This document shows positions 35,742-44,984 of a stretch of 64,000 bases of DNA, one piece after another. Position 1 is the stretch's first letter. Each line of letters begins with the position of its first letter. A program made the position numbers and the translations under genes. This stretch comes from an uncultured Clostridia bacterium (GTDB lineage Bacteria > Bacillota > Clostridia > Christensenellales > CAG-138), in assembly GCA_934633985.1 (NCBI GenBank), contig CAKTYU010000004.1:11519-75518 (forward strand), written 5' to 3'. The notes beneath the pieces are model-generated. The model made no database searches and had not been told where the DNA came from. It saw only the letters and a program-made list of their open reading frames with translations.

Positions 35742-37010
35742 TTAGAACTTCTGATCCAGCAGCTTGATGCCATCGATGTTGAGGTTGAAGTAAGGAGCGG
35801 AGCGGAACTTGGACTCCATGAATGCGCCGTTCTCTACAACCTCGGTATCGGGGGTGTAATCGGGATCGGTGTCAACGTCTGCCATGTAGGACTCGAGAGC
35901 CTTGCCCTCTACGGTGAAGGTAGCGCAATCGAATACCTTCAGCTCGCCGCTCTCCAACTTGGCGATAGCGGCGTCGATGGCTTCCTGAGTGCCCTCAGCG
36001 GCAACGTTGGTGTTGAGGTCGGTCAGCTTTACGGAGCCGGTAGCAAGAGTGCCGGTCCAGTCGGCGTCGATAGCCTCGCCCTTCGCGCAGGCAGTGATGG
36101 CATACTCATAGTAGGGAGCCCAGTCGATGCGGGAGGAGATGATGTAGGTGTTGGGGCAGGCGTCCTGAGTGGAGCCGTTGTAGGAAACGTCGGGAACACC
36201 GGCGGTCTCGCAGGCGGTAGGAGCACCCATGGAGTCGGCGTGCTGGCTTATCAGCTTGCAGCCGTTCTGGATCAGCTTCTGTGCGCCTTCCTTTTCGGCG
36301 GTCTCATCGTACCAGGAACCGGTGAAGGTTACTTCCATGGTAGCGGTGGGGCATACGGAGCGTGCGCCAAGGAAGAAGGAGGTGTAGCCGGAGATAACCT
36401 CGGCATAGGTGAAGGCGCCGACATAGCCGATCTTGGCTTCCTCGGCCTTGAACTCACCAGCCTCGATCATGGCGTTCAGCTTCATACCGGCAGCGATACC
36501 GGCGAGGAAACGACCCTCATAGATGGCGGCGAAAGCGTTGTGATAGTTGGCAAGACCCTCGGTGTGAGCCTTGGTGCCGGTGGAGTGGCAGAACTGTACC
36601 TCTGGGAACTCCTTGGCGGCCTGGATCATGTAATCCTCATGGCCGAAGCTGTCGGCGAAGATGATGTTGCAGCCGGCGTCGGCGAGCTCAGCAGCGGTGT
36701 TGTAGCACTCCTGACCCTCGGGAACGTTGGTCTTGATAACATAGTTTTCTTCGGGAATGCCCAGGGTTGCGCAGGCTTCCTTAGCGGCATTGATGAAGTT
36801 GAGGTCATAGGTGGAGTTTTCATCGTGAAGCATGATGAAACCGACCTTGACAGCGGGGGCCTCGGTGCCCTCAGTGGTAGCCTCGGTACCTTCGGTAGTG
36901 GGAGCCTCAGTTCCCTCGGCGGGGGTGGGGTTCTCAGCGGCGGGGGCAGCGCAGGCTGCTACGCTCAGAGCCAACACGAGAGTCAAAATGACAGCTACGA
37001 GTTTCTTCAT
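35742..37010 (-). CDS. BMP-family (PnrA/Med-like) substrate-binding lipoprotein
   Basis: Lipobox LALSVAAC, Thr/Glu/Ala-rich linker, then a BMP domain (VKVGFIMLHDENSTYDLNF...). Confidence 0.88.
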   Translation of the reverse strand: MKKLVAVILTLVLALSVAACAAPAAENPTPAEGTEAPTTEGTEATTEGTEAPAVKVGFIMLHDENSTYDLNFINAAKEACATLGIPEENYVIKTNVPEGQECYNTAAELADAGCNIIFADSFGHEDYMIQAAKEFPEVQFCHSTGTKAHTEGLANYHNAFAAIYEGRFLAGIAAGMKLNAMIEAGEFKAEEAKIGYVGAFTYAEVISGYTSFFLGARSVCPTATMEVTFTGSWYDETAEKEGAQKLIQNGCKLISQHADSMGAPTACETAGVPDVSYNGSTQDACPNTYIISSRIDWAPYYEYAITACAKGEAIDADWTGTLATGSVKLTDLNTNVAAEGTQEAIDAAIAKLESGELKVFDCATFTVEGKALESYMADVDTDPDYTPDTEVVENGAFMESKFRSAPYFNLNIDGIKLLDQKF

Positions 37011-37096
37011 TTTAAGTTGATCCTCCTTATTATTTGTTGCTTATGTTAAGCCCGCCTTATGGCAGGCCTGCAACCGTAACGCAAAACTTATCACAG

Positions 37097-37145
37097 ATAT
37101 ATTGTCTAACAATATTGTCCCAATGTCAATAACCTGAATATTGTT
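37097..37145 (-). promoter_or_regulatory. promoter with three AATATTGT operator-like repeats
   Basis: Minus strand has TTGACA (37129-37124), 17 nt, then GACAAT. The palindrome ACAATATTGT (37109-37118) fills the spacer. Further copies lie at 37099-37106 and 37137-37144. Confidence 0.45.
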
Positions 37146-37191
37146 GTAGGCTTAATACTATTTTATAACATACCCGCGCATTTGCAATAGA

Positions 37192-38424
37192 TCACAGTAT
37201 GCCGCTCTTCTCCAGCGCCTCCAGCGAGGGCTCGCAGAGCGTGGGCTTTCCCGCCGCCCGAAGCGCGTTTTTGACGTCCTTGAGGCCGCTTCCGGTGCTT
37301 ATGACGGTGACGGTCTCGCAGGGCTTTATCACCCCGTCGGCCACGGCCTGCCTTACGCCCGCCGTAGCGGTGACGCCCGCAGGCTCGCCGAACACGCCCT
37401 CGGTGCGCCCAAGCACCCGCATGGCGTCCAGTATCTGCTCGTCGCTCACCGCTATCCATGCGCCGCCTGAGGCGGATACCGCCCTGAGCGCCTTTTTCGG
37501 GTTGCGGGGCACGCCCACCGCGATTGAGTCTGCGATGGTGTTTTCCTCGGCGGGGATAAGGTCTCTGCCCTCGCGTGCCGCGTCCACAAAGGGGCAGCAG
37601 CCGGTGGACTGCACGCCGAGTATTTTGGGTATGCGGTCTATAAAGCCCAGCTCGTAAAGGTCGTGGAAGCCGTTGTACACGCCGCCTATGGTGCAGCCGT
37701 CGCCCACGGAGCAGGCCACCCAGTCGGTGGGCTGCCAGTTGAGCTGCTCGGCGATCTCCAGCGCCACGGTCTTTTTGCCCTCGGTGAGTATGGGATTTAT
37801 GCCGGCGTTGCGGTTATACCAGCCGTATTTTGCTATTGCGGCCTTGGAAAGGTCAAAGGTGTCCTTATAGTCGCCCAGCACAGAGACCACCTTTGCGCCG
37901 AATATGAGAAGCTGGGCCAGCTTGCCCTCGGGGGCGCGGCTGGGTACGAATATCACGGTCTTGAGCCCCATGCGCGCAGCGTTGCCCGCGCAGGAGGAGG
38001 CCGCGTTGCCGGTGGAGGAGCAGGCGATGGTATCATAGCCCAGCTCTACCGCCTTTGCGACGGCGACGCCGCTCGCCCTGTCCTTTAGTGAGGCGGTGGG
38101 GTTGATGCCATCGTCCTTTATGTAGAGCGCCTTCAGGCCCAGCTCGCCGCCCAGCCTGTTGGACTTATACAGCGGAGTCCAGCCCACCCTCAGGAAGGGG
38201 GTGAAGTCCCTGTCCTTCAGCGGCATCAGCGCCTTGTAGCGCCACATGCTGTTGTCCCGGCAGCTTGCCAGCTTTTCGCGGGAAAGGGTGTTCTTTTTGA
38301 TGTAATCGTAATCGAACACAATGTCAAGTATGCCCTTTTCGCCGCAGTCCGGGCAGGTCATAAGCTCTGTATAAGGGAACTCCTTGCCGCAGATGGTGCA
38401 GCGATAGCCTAAAATGTGCTTCAT
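37192..38424 (-). CDS. threonine synthase-family PLP enzyme with N-terminal zinc ribbon (second ThrC-like paralog)
   Basis: CTICGKEF...CPDCGEKG ribbon and PLP-lysine motif NPTASLKDRAS. 410 aa. Confidence 0.8.
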   Translation of the reverse strand: MKHILGYRCTICGKEFPYTELMTCPDCGEKGILDIVFDYDYIKKNTLSREKLASCRDNSMWRYKALMPLKDRDFTPFLRVGWTPLYKSNRLGGELGLKALYIKDDGINPTASLKDRASGVAVAKAVELGYDTIACSSTGNAASSCAGNAARMGLKTVIFVPSRAPEGKLAQLLIFGAKVVSVLGDYKDTFDLSKAAIAKYGWYNRNAGINPILTEGKKTVALEIAEQLNWQPTDWVACSVGDGCTIGGVYNGFHDLYELGFIDRIPKILGVQSTGCCPFVDAAREGRDLIPAEENTIADSIAVGVPRNPKKALRAVSASGGAWIAVSDEQILDAMRVLGRTEGVFGEPAGVTATAGVRQAVADGVIKPCETVTVISTGSGLKDVKNALRAAGKPTLCEPSLEALEKSGIL

Positions 38425-38602
38425 TCTGGTTTTGCTCCTTTTCGAGATATTGGGTATAACGCTGTTTTGTTGTTTATTCTATATAAAATCTTTCAAATTT
38501 TCAAAGCTTATTGTTTGCGGCGGAGCAGATGTGTTACAATATTTTAAGTCTTTGAGCTTACTGCTTCGCTTTAAAATACCGGACTTACACAGGAGGCACT
38601 AA

Positions 38603-39505
38603 ATGCAGGATACTTTCAAAAGAGGCTTCGGCGACCGCTATGACGGCTGGCGCGTGAGGCACGTAGACGCCGTTTACAACGTCATCCCCTTCGTGATGCG
38701 TACCCGCCTCGACGCTCAGAATTTCTTTGAAGAAAATATCCCCATAGAGAACATCGAGCGCTTCATCCGCGATCACCGTGAGGATATGCCCGACCTCGCC
38801 TTCATGCACGTGATAATCGCGGCCATGGTGCGCATGATAGCTACCCGGCCCTATCTCAACCGCTTCGTCATGTGGAACAAGATATACGCCCGCAACCACA
38901 TAGACATCGCCCTGATGATAAAGCGCAGGCAGAGCAACGTTGAAACCAACGTAAAGCCCGAATTTGCGCCCACCGCAACCCTGACAGACGTTATGAACAC
39001 CATGAACGCCATAGTCAACGAAAACATCGACGACGACGCCAACAACAGCATGGACAAGCTCGCAAGCATCTTGGGCTATATCCCCGCGTTTATCCTGCGG
39101 TTCGTCATAGGCAGCCTCAGGTGGCTCGACAACATAGGGCTCATGCCCAAGGGCATCGCAGACGCCAGCCCCTTCCATTGCAGCGCGTTCTTGACCAACG
39201 TAGGCTCCGTTGGCATAGGCCCCATCTACCATCACCTTTACGAGTTCGGCACCTGCTCCGTATTCGTCGCCATGGGAAACAAGTACAAATACGGCGCCAT
39301 ATCGAGGGAGGGGGCGCGGGTGGAAAAGCGCTTCGTAGGGCTAAAGTTCGTAACCGATGAAAGGATCTGCGACGGAAAGTACTATGCGGATTCCATGAAG
39401 GTGCTCAGGCGGCTGCTGAACAACCCCGAGCTGCTCATGGCCCCGCCCGCGGAGATACCCGTGGACGACGGAGTGCCCGCAAAAAAGCTAAAAATCAAAA
39501 GGTAA
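38603..39505 (+). CDS. 2-oxoacid dehydrogenase E2 / CAT-fold acyltransferase-like protein lacking lipoyl domain
   Basis: 300 aa. The C-terminal VTDERICDG aligns with the DHRxxDG catalytic motif, but with Glu where the His is expected. Confidence 0.55.
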   Translation: MQDTFKRGFGDRYDGWRVRHVDAVYNVIPFVMRTRLDAQNFFEENIPIENIERFIRDHREDMPDLAFMHVIIAAMVRMIATRPYLNRFVMWNKIYARNHIDIALMIKRRQSNVETNVKPEFAPTATLTDVMNTMNAIVNENIDDDANNSMDKLASILGYIPAFILRFVIGSLRWLDNIGLMPKGIADASPFHCSAFLTNVGSVGIGPIYHHLYEFGTCSVFVAMGNKYKYGAISREGARVEKRFVGLKFVTDERICDGKYYADSMKVLRRLLNNPELLMAPPAEIPVDDGVPAKKLKIKR

Positions 39506-39529
39506 TCCCGGTTTAGATTCTTAAAGAGC

Positions 39530-39563
39530 ATATCCGGCGGGCGGGAGCCCGCCGGATATTTTA
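39530..39563. terminator. bidirectional terminator between convergent genes
   Basis: ATATCCGGCGGGC-GGGA-GCCCGCCGGATAT followed by TTTT. Confidence 0.8.
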
Positions 39564-39584
39564 CTGTTCGGTGGAATTGCTTTA

Positions 39585-41057
39585 TTACATATTTGCCAGT
39601 ACGCCGGTGGCGTCGTTGAACTCGTTGATGAGCTTATCCAGCTCGTCGGCCTGGGCGTGCATATCGGTCCAGTAATGAGTGTCATACCACTGCCGGTTGA
39701 TCTCATCATAGGTCCTGCCCTGCTGCTCGACCCAGGTGTAGTACTTGAGGTTGTGTATGCGCTTGCGGTCCTGATAGGACAGCTCCAGCATGCTGTCGGT
39801 GCGAACGCCGTGGAGATGCTCGCTGTAATCGCGGGCGGCGGTGAGCATATCGTATGCGCCCTGCTGCTCGTTGAGCTCGTCTATGCGGCTGGTGTACATG
39901 ATGGCGGAGTCGGTAGCTACCGTGGCTACCACGTCGTCCTCGGTCAGCTCATAGTACTTGGCAAACTTGATGCAGCAAAGCATGTTGGCAATGCCGGAAA
40001 TGCCCAGGAGATCCAGCTTTTCGATGGTCTCGGCAGGTACGCCCACCACGTCCTTCAGGTACTTCCTGCCCTCCTCGCAGTTGAAGAGGCGGAGCAGGTT
40101 CTGGGAATCCTCATCGTCTATGTCGATAACCATGTCGGTGTTGCGGACGTTGTGTATCCAAGGCACATGCTTGTCGCCTATGCCCTCTATGCGGTGGCCT
40201 CCGAAGCCGTTTTCCAGCAGGGTGGGGCACTGGAGCGCCTCGCCGACCGCCAGCTTGGAGTAGGGATACCTCTCCTTGAGCAGATCGCCCGCGCTCATGG
40301 TGCCGGCGGAGCCGGAGGTGAAGCAGGCTCCCGCAAAGCGGCTGGTGGGTGTCTTTATGGACTCATAGGCCTCGGCGATGGCGTTGCCGGTCACCTGATA
40401 GTGCCATACGCAGTTGCCCATCTCCTCGAACTGGTTGAATATTACCACGTCGTCGCGGGTGTTGCGGAGCTCCCAGGTCTTGTCGAATATCTCCTTTACG
40501 TTGGACTCGCAGCCGGGGGTGGCGATGACCTCGCCCGCTATCCTGGAGAGCCAGTCAAAGCGCTCCTTGCTCATCTCGGCGGGCAGTATGGCTATGCTGT
40601 CGCAGGAAAGTAGCTTGGAGTTGAAGGCGCCGCCGCGGCAGTAATTGCCGGTGGAGGGCCAAACGGCCTTATTGTAGGTAGCGTCAAACTGTCCGGTCAC
40701 GAGGCGTGGCACGAGGCAGCCGTAGGAAGCGCCGACCTTATGGCAGCCGGTGGGGAACCACTTGCCCACCATGATGATGATCCTCGCCTTTACGCCGGAA
40801 AGGCTGGAGGGGATCTCGATGAAGTTTACGCCGCCATAGGTGCCGCCCTGCATGGTGGGCTCGTTATGCCAGGTGATGCGGAACAGGTTCAGGGGATCCA
40901 CATCCCACAGTCCCACTTTTTTAAGGCCCTCCTTTATCTTCTCGGGGATAAGGTCGGGGTTCTTCATCTGGGCGAAGGTGGGCAGTACGATCTTGTGCTC
41001 GCGGGCAACCTTGATGTTGTGCTGGAGTTTTTCGTTGTTCTTTTCGAGATTGATCAT
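39585..41057 (-). CDS. PLP-dependent enzyme, tryptophan-synthase-beta (PALP) superfamily, long form
   Basis: 490 aa from ATG 41057 (MINLEKN; GAGGTG 4 nt upstream). Probable PLP-Lys in FPTGCHKVGASYG. Confidence 0.6.
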   Translation of the reverse strand: MINLEKNNEKLQHNIKVAREHKIVLPTFAQMKNPDLIPEKIKEGLKKVGLWDVDPLNLFRITWHNEPTMQGGTYGGVNFIEIPSSLSGVKARIIIMVGKWFPTGCHKVGASYGCLVPRLVTGQFDATYNKAVWPSTGNYCRGGAFNSKLLSCDSIAILPAEMSKERFDWLSRIAGEVIATPGCESNVKEIFDKTWELRNTRDDVVIFNQFEEMGNCVWHYQVTGNAIAEAYESIKTPTSRFAGACFTSGSAGTMSAGDLLKERYPYSKLAVGEALQCPTLLENGFGGHRIEGIGDKHVPWIHNVRNTDMVIDIDDEDSQNLLRLFNCEEGRKYLKDVVGVPAETIEKLDLLGISGIANMLCCIKFAKYYELTEDDVVATVATDSAIMYTSRIDELNEQQGAYDMLTAARDYSEHLHGVRTDSMLELSYQDRKRIHNLKYYTWVEQQGRTYDEINRQWYDTHYWTDMHAQADELDKLINEFNDATGVLANM

Positions 41058-41209
41058 TTTACACCTCATTGGATTGATATTGTCCTGCCATTGAGCAGTT
41101 TGTGGTCAATGCTTTGTTTTAGCTATACATATATAGTTTAGCGTTTTTTTTAACATAAGTAAAGTGGGTTCCACAAACTTTTTATTGTAAATCAAAAATT
41201 TTTTTGCTC

Positions 41210-41908
41210 TTATGCTATGGTAAGCGCAAGCTCCATCATGGTGGTGAAGGTATTCTGGCGTTCCTCCGAGGTACATTCCTCTCCCGTTACTATATTATCC
41301 GATATGGTGCATATTGCGAGCGCGTTCTTGCCGGCGCGGGCGGCGTTCATATACAGCGCCGCGGCCTCCATTTCCACCGCCAGCACGCCCAGCTTCTGCC
41401 AATCCAGCGTGCTGCCGCTGTCGTCATAGAACAGGTCGTTGGAGAGCAGGTTGCCCACGCGGTAGTTGACCTTCATGGCCTCGGCGGTATCCACGGCCTT
41501 GCGGAGCAGGTCGAAGCTCGCTATGGGGGTGAAATGGCCGGGGAGCCGGAACTGATCGGCAAAGACGGTATTGTAGCAGGCGCCCATGCCTATGACTATG
41601 CTGCGGAGGGGTATGTCCTTGTGTATGGCGCCGGCTGAGCCTATGCGTATTATGTTTTCCACGCCGAAGAAGTTGAACAGCTCGTGTGAGTAGATGCCCA
41701 TGGAGGGCATGCCCATGCCGCTCGCCATCACGCTGACCCTCTTGCCCTTATAGGTGCCGGTGTAGCCCTGCACCCCGCGGACGTTATTCACGAGGACCGC
41801 GTCCTCAAGGAAGGTCTCTGCGATAAACTTGGAACGCAGCGGGTCGCCGGGCATAAGTACAGTCCTTGCGAAATCTTCCGGCCTTGCGTTGATGTGTGGT
41901 GTGCTCAT
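41210..41908 (-). CDS. deoD: purine nucleoside phosphorylase, DeoD type
   Basis: MSTPHINA...VLMPGDPLR...SVMASGMGMPS; hexameric PNP family. Confidence 0.92.
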   Translation of the reverse strand: MSTPHINARPEDFARTVLMPGDPLRSKFIAETFLEDAVLVNNVRGVQGYTGTYKGKRVSVMASGMGMPSMGIYSHELFNFFGVENIIRIGSAGAIHKDIPLRSIVIGMGACYNTVFADQFRLPGHFTPIASFDLLRKAVDTAEAMKVNYRVGNLLSNDLFYDDSGSTLDWQKLGVLAVEMEAAALYMNAARAGKNALAICTISDNIVTGEECTSEERQNTFTTMMELALTIA

Positions 41909-41919
41909 CGTTATTCCTC

Positions 41920-43275
41920 CTAATTATCATTATTTGGGCTTTCGCCGCCCTTATCGTCGTCGCGGGAGGACGCGTCCTCGTATACGTCGTCCTCGTTCAT
42001 GGGTATATACAGCCGCGCCTCGGCCTCCGGCATCTCGGTGACCTTCCTGAGGCTGGACTTTATCTGGCGCGTCCTTACCCCTATCAGCTTATCCAGATCG
42101 TCGTTGGCCTTTATGAGCTGCTTCTGGGTGTGCGTAAGCACCTCTTCAAAGCGGTTGAACTCGGTCTTTACCGCCGAAAGCACCTTCCATACCTCGCTGC
42201 TGCGTTTCTGTATGGCCACGCTGCGGAAGCCCATTTGCAGGCTGTTGAGCAGCGCCGCCATTATGCTGGGCCCCGCTATGCTTATGCGGTAATCCCTTTG
42301 CAGCCTTTCCACCAGCCCCAGCTTCACCGCCTCCGCGTAAAGCCCCTCCGTGGGTAAAAACATTATTCCGAAGTCGGTGGTGTAGGGCGGGTCGATGTAT
42401 TTATCCCGTATATCCTTGGCAAAGCCGCGTATCCTCGCCTTAAGCGCCTCGCCTGCCGCGGCGGCCTTTGCGGGGTCCGCGCTGTCGTAGGCGTCCATAA
42501 GGTCGTTATAGGCGTCAACGGGAAATTTTGAGTCTATGGGCAGCAGGGCGAAGCCGTCATCGTCCCCGGGTATCTTTATTGCAAATTCCACCCGCTCCTT
42601 GCCCCGGGGGGAGGTCATCACGTTTTCCACGTACTGCTCCGGCGCAAGCATTTCTTCGAGTATTGCGCCAAGCTGTATCTCGCCCAGTATGCCCCTGGTC
42701 TTAACGTTGGAAAGCACCCGCTTCAGGTCGCCCACCCCCACGGCCAAGCTCTGCATCTCGCCCAAGCCCTTGTATACCTGCTCCAGACGGTCGTTTACCA
42801 TCTGGAAGGACTGTGTCATGCGCTCGTTTATCGTGCGCTGGAGCTTTTCATCGACTATCTGGCGCATCTCGTCCAGCTTTTTGCCGTTGTCCTGCTGTAT
42901 GGCGGCGAGGCGTTTTTCCATGGTGCTGCGTATGTTTTCCAGCTTCTGCTCGCTTTCCATGGAGGAGGTGCCGAGCCGCTGCTCTATCCTTGCGCCCATA
43001 TCCGCCATCACCCGCCTCAGTTGGGACAGGCTCTCGCCCTGGGCGCGGTAGGCCGACTGCTGATTTTCCGCTATGAGCGAGCCCAGGTTGCCGACGTTCT
43101 TATGTACGGAGTCCGTAAGCTCCATGCGAAGCTCCCGCTGGTCGTCCTCCAGCTCCTCCATAAGCCTGCCCACTATCCTCTCCTCGGCCCTGCCCTGGCG
43201 TATCAGCATCACCGCGAGCATGGTAACGGCGGCCAATGCCAGCGCCAGCAGTATATACAGCAGTATCTCCATCAA
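41920..43275 (-). CDS. rmuC: DNA recombination protein RmuC
   Basis: N-terminal TM helix, long coiled coil, C-terminal RmuC domain (DFGIMFLPTEGLY). Confidence 0.85.
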   Translation of the reverse strand: MMEILLYILLALALAAVTMLAVMLIRQGRAEERIVGRLMEELEDDQRELRMELTDSVHKNVGNLGSLIAENQQSAYRAQGESLSQLRRVMADMGARIEQRLGTSSMESEQKLENIRSTMEKRLAAIQQDNGKKLDEMRQIVDEKLQRTINERMTQSFQMVNDRLEQVYKGLGEMQSLAVGVGDLKRVLSNVKTRGILGEIQLGAILEEMLAPEQYVENVMTSPRGKERVEFAIKIPGDDDGFALLPIDSKFPVDAYNDLMDAYDSADPAKAAAAGEALKARIRGFAKDIRDKYIDPPYTTDFGIMFLPTEGLYAEAVKLGLVERLQRDYRISIAGPSIMAALLNSLQMGFRSVAIQKRSSEVWKVLSAVKTEFNRFEEVLTHTQKQLIKANDDLDKLIGVRTRQIKSSLRKVTEMPEAEARLYIPMNEDDVYEDASSRDDDKGGESPNNDN

Positions 43276-43287
43276 AGCTCCCTTTCC

Positions 43288-43770
43288 TTATTTGCGTACG
43301 GTATCTATGCCCTTGGTTATTATCGCGCCGAGCAGCGCGCCGGCAACGGCCTGCATGAGGTTCGCGGGTATGGATATCACGGCTGTAGATGCGCCGTAAA
43401 TTATGCACTCATAGAGGAAGTAGCCCAGCACCATAACGCCGCCGCAGATAAGGAAGCGGAGTATCATCGCCTTTACCTTGCCCGCCAGCTTTACCGCCAG
43501 CAGCGCCATAGCGCCCTTTATTATGAAGGTCGCGGGGGCGTAAAGGGCGCTGCCCAAAAGGAGGTCTGCGAGCATGCTGCCTATCGCGGCGGCAGCCACG
43601 CCCCAGGGCCAGCCCAACAGGTGCGCGGAGGCGTAAACGGCGGCGTCGCCCGCGTTGGCATACGCGCCCTGCACGCCGGGTATGGGTATGGCGGCAAACA
43701 TTGTGGTAACTACGACTATCGCGCACATAAGTCCTGCCCAAGTAATGGTCTTGATCTTGTCCTGTTTCAT
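43288..43770 (-). CDS. ECF transporter S component, substrate unknown
   Basis: 160 aa, about 5-6 TM helices, AxxxA-rich helix 1. Lies near ecfAAT. Confidence 0.65.
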   Translation of the reverse strand: MKQDKIKTITWAGLMCAIVVVTTMFAAIPIPGVQGAYANAGDAAVYASAHLLGWPWGVAAAAIGSMLADLLLGSALYAPATFIIKGAMALLAVKLAGKVKAMILRFLICGGVMVLGYFLYECIIYGASTAVISIPANLMQAVAGALLGAIITKGIDTVRK

Positions 43771-43803
43771 TTTTCGATTCTCCTTAAATATAAAACTTAA
43801 AAC

Positions 43804-44562
43804 TTATAAATATTTCGCCGTATCAAAGCCGGGGTATTCCACCCGGTACAGCATCAGCCCGTGGGCCGGGGCCGTGGCCCCCGCGTCCCGTCTTTCAAGG
43901 CTCTGCAGGGCCCGCCTTACGGAGTCCTCGCTCCGCTTGCCGGAGCCTATTTCCAGCAGAGTCCCGACGATTATCCTCACCATGTTGTACATAAAGCCGC
44001 TGCCCGCTATGTCGAAGGCGAGTATATTGTCGTCCCTGTTCCACTCCGCCCTGTATATGGTGCGGACCGTGCTTTCCAGCTCCGTGCCAGCCGACTTGAA
44101 GGCCGAAAAGTCGTGCTCCCCCAAAAGCCCCGCAGCCGCCCTGTTCATTTTATCCACATCCAGCGCGTAGTGGTAGTGCAGCGCCGTGTTCCTGTTGAAA
44201 ACTCCCGCATGGGGGGCGTTGTTGACGGTGTACCGGTAGTGCTTTTTTATCACGTCGAACCGGGCGTGGAAGCCCTCCGCCCTGTCGCTGTATACCACCC
44301 TTATGTCCCCCGGCAGGCCCACGTTCAGCGCGTAGGCGAATTTATCCGGAGGTATGCGGCTTTGGGTATCGAAGTGGGCCACCTGCGCCATGGCGTGTAC
44401 GCCGCTATCCGTCCTTCCGGAGGCGTAGAGGCACGTCCTCTCCCCCGTGAGCTTATTTAGCTCCCTTTCCAGCACCTCCTGCACCGCCCTGCCGTTGGGC
44501 TGCGTCTGCCAGCCCACATAGCCCGTGCCGTCGTATTGAATTATAAGGCGTATCCTCGGCAT
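43804..44562 (-). CDS. truA: tRNA pseudouridine(38-40) synthase
   Basis: IQYDGTGYVGWQ and catalytic GRTDSGVHA. ATG 44562 (MPRIRLII) preferred over 44580. Confidence 0.9.
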   Translation of the reverse strand: MPRIRLIIQYDGTGYVGWQTQPNGRAVQEVLERELNKLTGERTCLYASGRTDSGVHAMAQVAHFDTQSRIPPDKFAYALNVGLPGDIRVVYSDRAEGFHARFDVIKKHYRYTVNNAPHAGVFNRNTALHYHYALDVDKMNRAAAGLLGEHDFSAFKSAGTELESTVRTIYRAEWNRDDNILAFDIAGSGFMYNMVRIIVGTLLEIGSGKRSEDSVRRALQSLERRDAGATAPAHGLMLYRVEYPGFDTAKYL

Positions 44563-44566
44563 TTTA

Positions 44567-44980
44567 TCAGTCCCTCGCAAGAGGCATTATCTCGCCGCTG
44601 CTTATGCGCTGTATGAAGCAAAGCTCGGCCTTGCCGTCCCGTGTGAACAGGGTCACGACGTCCTTGTTTTCCAGCGTGAGAAGGAGCAGCATTATATCCC
44701 CTCTGGCGTTTATATCCGACGGGAAGCCCCCCTCGCGGCTCGCCGCCACCGCCTCGCTGAGATCCTGCCCCGCCAGTATATCCTGTATGGTGGAATCCGG
44801 GAAGCTGCCGGCGTTGTAGAAGTCGTCGTCATCGAGGGTGTAGCCATACTCCCTAAGGGCTTTTGCGGCGTCCGAATAGGGGTGCTTTTCGGCGATGGAG
44901 GCGTTGAGCAGCAGCGCGCCCGCTATGAGCAGCGCCGCCATGGAAAGAAGTATTATCCTCGTGCCCTTGGTCATGCCCAT
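44567..44980 (-). CDS. hypothetical membrane-anchored protein (possibly DUF4830-like)
   Basis: N-terminal TM anchor plus a ~100-aa soluble domain. Sits between ecfT and truA. Confidence 0.45.
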   Translation of the reverse strand: MGMTKGTRIILLSMAALLIAGALLLNASIAEKHPYSDAAKALREYGYTLDDDDFYNAGSFPDSTIQDILAGQDLSEAVAASREGGFPSDINARGDIMLLLLTLENKDVVTLFTRDGKAELCFIQRISSGEIMPLARD

Positions 44981-44984
44981 ACTC

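Noticed and set aside
37011-37191. Possible purine/guanine riboswitch in the leader of the nucleoside ABC operon.
   Set aside because: No match to the conserved purine aptamer loops or junction (UAUAAU...CCGUAAAU-type elements). Only operator-like DNA repeats were seen.
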